This document shows positions 58,537 to 64,000 of a stretch of DNA of 64,000 bases, in pieces. Location of the stretch: assembly GCA_048617235.1 (NCBI GenBank), contig JBMCHT010000002.1:63899-127898 (forward strand), written 5' to 3'. The notes below the pieces were generated by a model, which did no database searches, was not told where the DNA came from, and saw nothing but the letters and a program-made list of their open reading frames with translations. The stretch is from Patescibacteria group bacterium. Lineage in GTDB: Bacteria; Patescibacteriota; Minisyncoccia; Phycocordibacterales; XYD1-FULL-46-19. The stretch's first letter is position 1; every line of letters starts with the position of its first letter. The position numbers and the translations under genes are program-made.

Positions 58537-58920
58537 TTATTTTATTATATGAACTGAAAAATCTACTTGGTAATCCGGAATACCGATTGAAATGCCATAT
58601 TGCTTCGCTTGGTCGTACTGTTTTTTATCGGAACGATCCGTAATATGAAAGACCTTATTACGGTAAATAATAAAATGATCGGTATCTGTTTTATAATCTG
58701 CATACCAATCATGCTTATCATCCAAAGCCTGACTAAGTTTTTCAGCTATTATTGCACTTTTTTGAGCCGGAATTTCCACATCATGCAATGTCCATTGTTT
58801 AATCCATGGTGTTTTATGCTCTGCCGTAACCAGTTCAACTTTAGTAGAAATTATTTTTACCTCATCGAGAATAGACTTATCCATTAAGCTTTCTTCAATA
58901 ATAACTCCTTTATAATCCAT
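58537..58920 (-). CDS. Hypothetical protein
   Basis: A 127-aa ORF with no recognisable motif. Confidence 0.45.
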   Translation of the reverse strand: MDYKGVIIEESLMDKSILDEVKIISTKVELVTAEHKTPWIKQWTLHDVEIPAQKSAIIAEKLSQALDDKHDWYADYKTDTDHFIIYRNKVFHITDRSDKKQYDQAKQYGISIGIPDYQVDFSVHIIK

Positions 58921-58927
58921 AATGTAT

Positions 58928-59004
58928 TGGTGGGCGATACAGGACTCGAACCTGTGACCTCATCCACGTCAAGGATGCGCTCTAGCCAACTGAGCTAATC
59001 GCCC
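58928..59004 (-). tRNA. tRNA-Val (anticodon GAC), CCA encoded
   Basis: Hand-folded: acceptor GGGCGAT/ATCGCCC, anticodon arm CATCC-TTGACGT-GGATG. Confidence 0.85.
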
Positions 59005-59053
59005 GGTAACTAAACGATACCAAAAATTTAAAAGACAATCAATTTCAAATTAA

Positions 59054-59782
59054 TCACTTTTGTCTTATTTCTTTTTTAACCGAAACCGGCACTTTTTCTA
59101 AAGCATAAGCTAAAACTTGAGAATGCATTTTATCTTTATTTTTCAATATAAAATCCAAAGTTTTCTGGTAATCCCCAACTGTTGCTGCTTTTAGAAGCCA
59201 ACCACAACCTTTACGAACCATTTCTGCTTGATCTTGCCATAATTGCCGAGAGATAACAAAAATAACCGGTAAGTCTTCTTTGTTAATCTTGTATCCCCCA
59301 CTTCCTGATCTAATAAAAGCCACTGTTGCCCCTCGTCTAACCCATCTATTGCTTGATTGTGTCCATTTATTTTTCAATCCGGATTTTAAAATTGGATATT
59401 TATCTATCATTAAAGCTATCACATGAAGACAATAATCATCTATTTTACTCCAATTATCTAAATATTGATCCAACCATTTTTCAAAAATTAAAAAATCTCT
59501 TTGAGTATAAATATCTTTTCTAAAAACAAGCCAAGCGGTAGCTAATGTTGCTTCTTCATTTTTTCCACTTTGAAATAGTTTTTCCACCAAAATAAACAAA
59601 TCTTTTTTGTTTAAATTATCAATCTCTTTTTTATATTGCCGAGACAATTTTCTTACTATCGGTGTCCGGACACCATAACAAACAACCGATTCTTTATAAG
59701 ATCTAGCAACTCCAGCTTTATACTCCTTATCTATATTTTGTCTTAAATCTCGCCGAATATTCTTTAATATCTGAACCGGCAT
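59054..59782 (-). CDS. DNA alkylation repair enzyme (AlkC/AlkD HEAT-like repeat family)
   Basis: A length of 242 aa and helical repeat motifs (WVRRGATVAFI, GCGWLLK) typical of the family. Confidence 0.65.
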   Translation of the reverse strand: MPVQILKNIRRDLRQNIDKEYKAGVARSYKESVVCYGVRTPIVRKLSRQYKKEIDNLNKKDLFILVEKLFQSGKNEEATLATAWLVFRKDIYTQRDFLIFEKWLDQYLDNWSKIDDYCLHVIALMIDKYPILKSGLKNKWTQSSNRWVRRGATVAFIRSGSGGYKINKEDLPVIFVISRQLWQDQAEMVRKGCGWLLKAATVGDYQKTLDFILKNKDKMHSQVLAYALEKVPVSVKKEIRQK

Positions 59783-59792
59783 ATATTAAAAA

Positions 59793-60047
59793 TTATTCTG
59801 TATCCTCCAATTCTTGCGGAGATTGATATCTATCTCCTTTATCTATAGTAATAACAACAGTGGTACCATCCGGCCTCTCTCCTTCAAAAGTAACCGAGTC
59901 CCCGGTAACAGTATCCGGAGTACCTCTTTTAAACCTAAAACCCATTTTGGCCATCAAATCCATAATCTCCGGCAATTTATCTGCATTAAATTCAGCTAAA
60001 AAAGATTGGGGTAATTCTCTTTCTTCTTTTTTGAATTCTTCGGACAT
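59793..60047 (-). CDS. Hypothetical small acidic protein
   Basis: An 84-aa ORF. Confidence 0.4.
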   Translation of the reverse strand: MSEEFKKEERELPQSFLAEFNADKLPEIMDLMAKMGFRFKRGTPDTVTGDSVTFEGERPDGTTVVITIDKGDRYQSPQELEDTE

Positions 60048-60107
60048 AATTTTATTATTTAATTATTAATATCTAAAATTGTAACAAATACCATTTTTTT
60101 TACAATT

Positions 60108-60719
60108 CTAATCCGCTATAACAATTTTAATGGTTTTAGTCCGACTATCTATAGATTTTAAGATAGATAAACCACTTTGATCTAACAAAGGTTGGAGACC
60201 TTTATTCTTATTGTAATCCAAAAAACCCCGAAAATGCTCCCGACCGGCTAAAAATTCGGCCGATCTGTTTCTTAAACCATAAAGACTAAAAGGTTGAGGT
60301 ATGGAATAATCCGCCAGAATAACTTTTTTAGCTAAACGCTTGGCTTCTGTTAAAACCGGCACTCTCAAAACAGGTGGCATTTCGTGAATTACCATGGAAA
60401 TAATGGCATAATCAAAATATTTATCTGTAAATTGCGGTAACTTAGTGGCATCAGTATGGATAAAATCAACATTAGTAATTTCTTTTTCTTTTTGTCGTTT
60501 TTGAGCCAGGGTAATCATTTTTTCAGATAACTCCACTCCGGTTACTTGAGAACATTTAAAAGCTAAAGCTAAAACTAAAGCTCCGGTACCACAGCCAATA
60601 TCCAAGACTTTGGTATTATCTTCTATTTGCTCAATAATTATTTCTCTAATCTCTGAAAAAGCCGGATCAATAAGCATTTCATAAAGCCAACCATCATAAT
60701 AATGTCTTTTATTTTTCAT
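60108..60719 (-). CDS. Class I SAM-dependent methyltransferase
   Basis: Motif I VLDIGCGTGALVLALA. Confidence 0.75.
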   Translation of the reverse strand: MKNKRHYYDGWLYEMLIDPAFSEIREIIIEQIEDNTKVLDIGCGTGALVLALAFKCSQVTGVELSEKMITLAQKRQKEKEITNVDFIHTDATKLPQFTDKYFDYAIISMVIHEMPPVLRVPVLTEAKRLAKKVILADYSIPQPFSLYGLRNRSAEFLAGREHFRGFLDYNKNKGLQPLLDQSGLSILKSIDSRTKTIKIVIAD

Positions 60720-60990
60720 ATTTTATTCCACTCTCTAAATGCCAACCTCCGTCGGGACATTTATCTAAAAATTTTATTTTCACTTCAAAGGGGTTTAAAT
60801 CTGAATCAGTGGCATGGCCAATAGCTATTTCAGTATCAATTCGATGTAAACCACACTGACAATGTTCTATAGAATAATTTAACTTTTTATTTATTTTTAC
60901 ATGTTCTCCGCCACAATGATGAACTTTATGTTCACCTGATGCTTCATGATGAATATGATGAAAAAGGGATAAAATCTCGTTATTTTCCAT
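60709..60990 (-). CDS. His/Cys-rich small protein (putative metal-binding)
   Basis: 93 aa with HHIHHEASGEHKVHHCGGEH and CQCG. It overlaps the methyltransferase start by 11 nt. Confidence 0.4.
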   Translation of the reverse strand: MENNEILSLFHHIHHEASGEHKVHHCGGEHVKINKKLNYSIEHCQCGLHRIDTEIAIGHATDSDLNPFEVKIKFLDKCPDGGWHLESGIKYEK

Positions 60991-61023
60991 AATTTATTTT
61001 TTATAAATAATAATTTTTTAGGG

Positions 61024-61112
61024 CGGAAGAGGAGGGATTCGAACCCTCGGCCCGGTTTAACCCGGACGCCCGATTTCGAATCGGGTGCCTTCGACCTCTC
61101 AGCCACTCTTCC
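61024..61112 (-). tRNA. tRNA-Ser (anticodon CGA)
   Basis: Hand-folded: acceptor GGAAGAG/CTCTTCC, anticodon arm CCCGA-TTCGAAA-TCGGG, and a long variable arm. Confidence 0.75.
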
Positions 61113-61194
61113 TTTGGTTAGATAAACTCAGCCTTAATCCTAGCAATTTTTTGCCTTTTTGACAAAAATCTGTTATATTGTCGCGGTAGATGTA

Positions 61195-61269
61195 GGCCCT
61201 ATCGTCTAGCGGCTAGGACGCCACCCTTTCACGGTGGAAACCGGGGTTCAATTCCCCGTAGGGTCACCA
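61195..61269 (+). tRNA. tRNA-Glu (anticodon TTC), CCA encoded
   Basis: Hand-folded: acceptor GGCCCTA/TAGGGTC, anticodon arm CCACC-CTTTCAC-GGTGG. Confidence 0.8.
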
Positions 61270-61345
61270 ATTAGAGCGTAGTTCGAACGCTCGAGAAGGA
61301 TTAGAGTTTTTAATAACTTCAGGGTTATGTATAATTTTAGTAAAT

Positions 61346-62539
61346 GTGATTAATACTATGATTAAACAGTTCAACAACAATGAATCATTTAAAGAAAAGT
61401 CACCTGAAGATCATGGTGGTGATATAGAAAGTATAAACAGTATTGAAAAAACATCAGGGGGTACAGAGATCCTTCCTCCGCTATCCAATAAATATCAAGA
61501 TAAGTTGAGAAAAATCTTGGAACAGATACCTAAAGAAGAAAAAGACAATGAATTTATTTATCACGGTACTATTATTGGTACCGAAGAAATATGTTACTTG
61601 AAGGAAGTTTTGGAGAAATACTCAGATGTTATAGACAGACCTGAAGCAAACAAAGAAGAAATCTATCAAAATTTTGACGAAAAGGAATATCATCGAGTAT
61701 CATCAGTTAGACGCTGGAAACATTTGAGAGATATTCTTTCTAGGGGTGACTACCCAGGAGATAATACACCGGACAATGGTTTTATAAGTGATAACATAGA
61801 ACCTTATTTCAGTAATGAGTATTTTGACGCCTTGTTCGATTTGATTAATCAAAGACCAGACGGGGTTTTTGCTGTACCCACAGGCGCTATTCAAGCAGAA
61901 ATCATATTAAAAGGGATGATAACTGGTCTAAAATTTGAACTAGAGAAGCAGGGTTGGGACGGGATTAAAGTGCCTTATTTTACTGCCCCTCACTCGACCC
62001 TCCTTACTCGACATGAAAGTCCTCGGACTACATACGATGAGCTAGTCACTGCAACTGAGCCTACAATCATTAATATTTTTAATAAAAGAGAAGATCCAAA
62101 TATAGTGACAATTTCTGTTTTTGACGAATGTAGAAATACCGGAGGAAGTCAAAAGAGGGTCGAGGAACTAATAAGGAAGACGTATTCGGAATTGCAGAAC
62201 AAAGGTCAAATTCCTCAACCTTGTGAATTGCAAATAAATTCTGTTCATGCTGTATACCCCGGCTTGTCCGAAGCATATAGATTTCTCAAAAAAGATGAGA
62301 GATCTCTTGATCGAAGACGAGTTAGTATAAAAGATGGATCAGTTGAATTTCGACGAGAGCGTTTAGCTATTGAATTAACAAAAATATTCGGCTTCTTTAC
62401 GGGTCGACTATACGGAAACATAGTTGCAAATCTAGAAGATGAAAACATAAAAAATAATGTCGGAGGCTACAAGTATAAATACAGATTAGGTTCTAAATAT
62501 TATCATGCAATTAAAAAAGGTTTGAAGAAGAAGTCCTGA
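61346..62539 (+). CDS. Hypothetical protein with a PRTase-like fold (PRPP-loop-like VTISVFDECRNTGGS)
   Basis: 397 aa. VFAVPTGAIQAEII resembles the PRTase hood/loop and VTISVFDECRNTGGSQKRVEEL resembles a PRPP-binding loop carrying DE rather than DD. Confidence 0.45.
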   Translation: MINTMIKQFNNNESFKEKSPEDHGGDIESINSIEKTSGGTEILPPLSNKYQDKLRKILEQIPKEEKDNEFIYHGTIIGTEEICYLKEVLEKYSDVIDRPEANKEEIYQNFDEKEYHRVSSVRRWKHLRDILSRGDYPGDNTPDNGFISDNIEPYFSNEYFDALFDLINQRPDGVFAVPTGAIQAEIILKGMITGLKFELEKQGWDGIKVPYFTAPHSTLLTRHESPRTTYDELVTATEPTIINIFNKREDPNIVTISVFDECRNTGGSQKRVEELIRKTYSELQNKGQIPQPCELQINSVHAVYPGLSEAYRFLKKDERSLDRRRVSIKDGSVEFRRERLAIELTKIFGFFTGRLYGNIVANLEDENIKNNVGGYKYKYRLGSKYYHAIKKGLKKKS

Positions 62540-62756
62540 ATTATATAATCGTTAAAATTATCTACTATTTTTAGGTAAGAAGAAAAATCTATCACTTTCG
62601 TCACATTTTAGCGCTCGAGAAGGGTCAAAACGCAAAAATAAAAAATTATTAAAATAAGCTTTGGGAAACAATAAATCCTTAGACTTCATTACCAAAATAA
62701 AAAACATTCAATCTTTAAAGTTCGCTGAGGGAAGAACTATAAATATTGTATAAAAT

Positions 62757-63281
62757 ATGAAAATTAAAATAAAAACAGCTACCCCGAAAGATGCTTTAGA
62801 TATAATAAGGGTTTTACATAAAACTTGGCTTAATACTTATCCTAATGAAAAATTGAAAATAACCAAAGAGGTTATTAATGAAACTTACAAAAATTCTTAT
62901 AAAGTGGAAAATATAAAAAAATTTCAAGAAAAAATAAGAAACATTCCTGATAATCAAAAAAGATTGGTTGTTCAATCTGACAATAAAATAATTGGCATTG
63001 CTACTGGCATTATTTAAAATGATTTCAATGAACTTACAACAATTTATGTTTTGCCTCAATTTCAAAATAACGGCATAGGTAAAAAATTATATAATGAAAT
63101 ATCAAAATTTTTTAATCCATCCCAAAAAACTATAGTTAAAGTTGCCACATATAACAAAAAAGCGATTGAATTTTATAAAAAATTAGGTTTTATTGATACT
63201 GGAAAAAGATTTACAAATGATAAGATTATAACTAAAAAAGGGGTAAATATTCCAAAAATGGAGATGGTTCTAGAAAAGTAA
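62757..63281 (+). pseudogene. GNAT N-acetyltransferase interrupted by an in-frame TAA at 63015..63017
   Basis: The ORF-track pieces 62757..63017 and 63051..63281 are in the same frame. The sequence reads straight through the stop as ...IGIATGII*NDFNELTTIYVLPQFQNNGIGKKLY, and the segment after the stop is GNAT motif A (Q/RxxGxG). Confidence 0.6.
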
Positions 63282-63366
63282 TTTTAATTTTTTAAAATAT
63301 ATTACATTTAACTCATTTTATATAAAAAACTTTTTAGTATTAAATAAAATATCATAAAATTATCAA

Positions 63367-63846
63367 ATGAAATTAGTTTTTACTTATCTTAAAAATCTTA
63401 ATATAGATTATACTCTTTACGAACACCCGGCGGTTTTTACCGTAGCCGAAGCTGAACAACATCGGCCGAATATTGTTTTTGGGGAAAATAAAAACTTATT
63501 TTTAAGAAATAAAAAAGGTAATAAAAATTATTTAATCACCATCAAAGCCAATAAAAGATTAGATTTAAAAAATCTAACTAAAATTTTAAATGAAGACAGA
63601 TTGAGCTTTGCTACAGAAAACAGATTACAAGAATATTTAAATTTAAGTCCGGGTTCAGTCTCCCCTTTTGGTTTAATCAATGATAAACAATCTCTGGTTG
63701 AATATATTTTGGATGAAGATCTATTACAATATTCTAAATTAGGCTTTCATCCCAATATCAATACTCAGACTGTAATTTTAAACACCATGGATTTTAAAAA
63801 ATTTTTAGAGTCCTTAAATAACAAAATATCTTTTCTGAAATTATAA
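63367..63846 (+). CDS. YbaK/ProX-like aminoacyl-tRNA deacylase domain protein
   Basis: YTLYEHPAVFTVAEAEQ...GSVSPFGL matches the YbaK family. Confidence 0.7.
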   Translation: MKLVFTYLKNLNIDYTLYEHPAVFTVAEAEQHRPNIVFGENKNLFLRNKKGNKNYLITIKANKRLDLKNLTKILNEDRLSFATENRLQEYLNLSPGSVSPFGLINDKQSLVEYILDEDLLQYSKLGFHPNINTQTVILNTMDFKKFLESLNNKISFLKL

Positions 63847-63852
63847 AAATCA

Positions 63853-63925
63853 CCCCCGGCTCAAGGGCCGGGGGTTGCAATTAGAAACGACGGGAAGCCA
63901 GTTTCCTGGCTTCTTTTTTACCGCC
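63853..63925 (+). terminator. Two tandem hairpins after the last gene, the second a canonical rho-independent terminator
   Basis: The first is cccccggc-tcaag-ggccggggg. The second is gaagccag-tttc-ctggcttc followed by tttttta. Confidence 0.55.
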
Positions 63926-64000
63926 CAAGCAGTGGGGCGTAAAACACCCGCAACTTGGACAGTAACTGCGGCCATTAGTTAGCCGCCCATTGTGATGAGT

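Noticed and set aside
1-64000. CRISPR arrays and rRNA genes
   Set aside because: I saw no regularly spaced direct repeats with unique spacers and no rRNA-like conserved stretches on either strand. The only notable tandem repetition is the paralogous pilin gene array, which is protein-coding.

Overview
The window looks like a reduced, roughly 40% GC bacterial genome of the Patescibacteria/CPR type (inferred). The support is several short housekeeping genes (IF-2 of 512 aa, DnaX of 340 aa, RelA/SpoT of 494 aa), many dispersed tRNAs and a tandem family of VirB2/TrbC-like pilins.

Core genes I can support from sequence are dnaX, dus, an Amidase_3 amidase, capA, an FtsQ-like protein, serS, dprA, topA, relA/spoT, parB, miaA, rpmG, an RRM RNA-binding protein, clpB, a Fe/Mn SOD, a cysteine desulfurase, infB, rbfA, gyrA, an rpsA-like gene, pth, lepB, hisS, rpsU, ybeY, ftsA, ftsZ, trxB, a Mur ligase, an AlkD-like repair protein and a YbaK-like deacylase. 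I found 12 tRNAs: Gln, Leu(CAA), Trp, Leu(TAG), Tyr, Cys, Leu(TAA), Lys, Gly, Val, Ser and Glu.

Accessory content, in order of interest:
- **Left-edge island (1..8814).** A Type III R-M operon (mod, then res) is followed 5 nt later on the same strand by a STAND-like P-loop NTPase of at least 822 aa, which is the best candidate for an undescribed system here. Next to it are a frameshifted large serine recombinase and a 314-aa gene at about 22% GC. The block abuts the 3' end of tRNA-Gln, and a degenerate partial second copy of that tRNA lies about 200 bp away, giving a 46-bp direct repeat.
- **IS and cassette (22343..25190).** An IS1595-family transposase next to tRNA-Leu is followed by a roughly 25% GC cassette encoding a PRTase-fold protein and four small membrane or soluble proteins.
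- **GC-rich insert (36887..39640).** A 50–60% GC block flanks tRNA-Lys and carries an SPFH/band-7 protein, a 4-TM partner protein and a small 2-TM gene.
- **Pilin array (39657..42531).** Seven tandem paralogues of a VirB2/TrbC-like pilin family sit downstream of a solute-binding-protein-like gene.
- **Smaller items.** A second PRTase-fold orphan (61346..62539) and a GNAT acetyltransferase interrupted by an in-frame TAA.

I found no CRISPR array and no rRNA.
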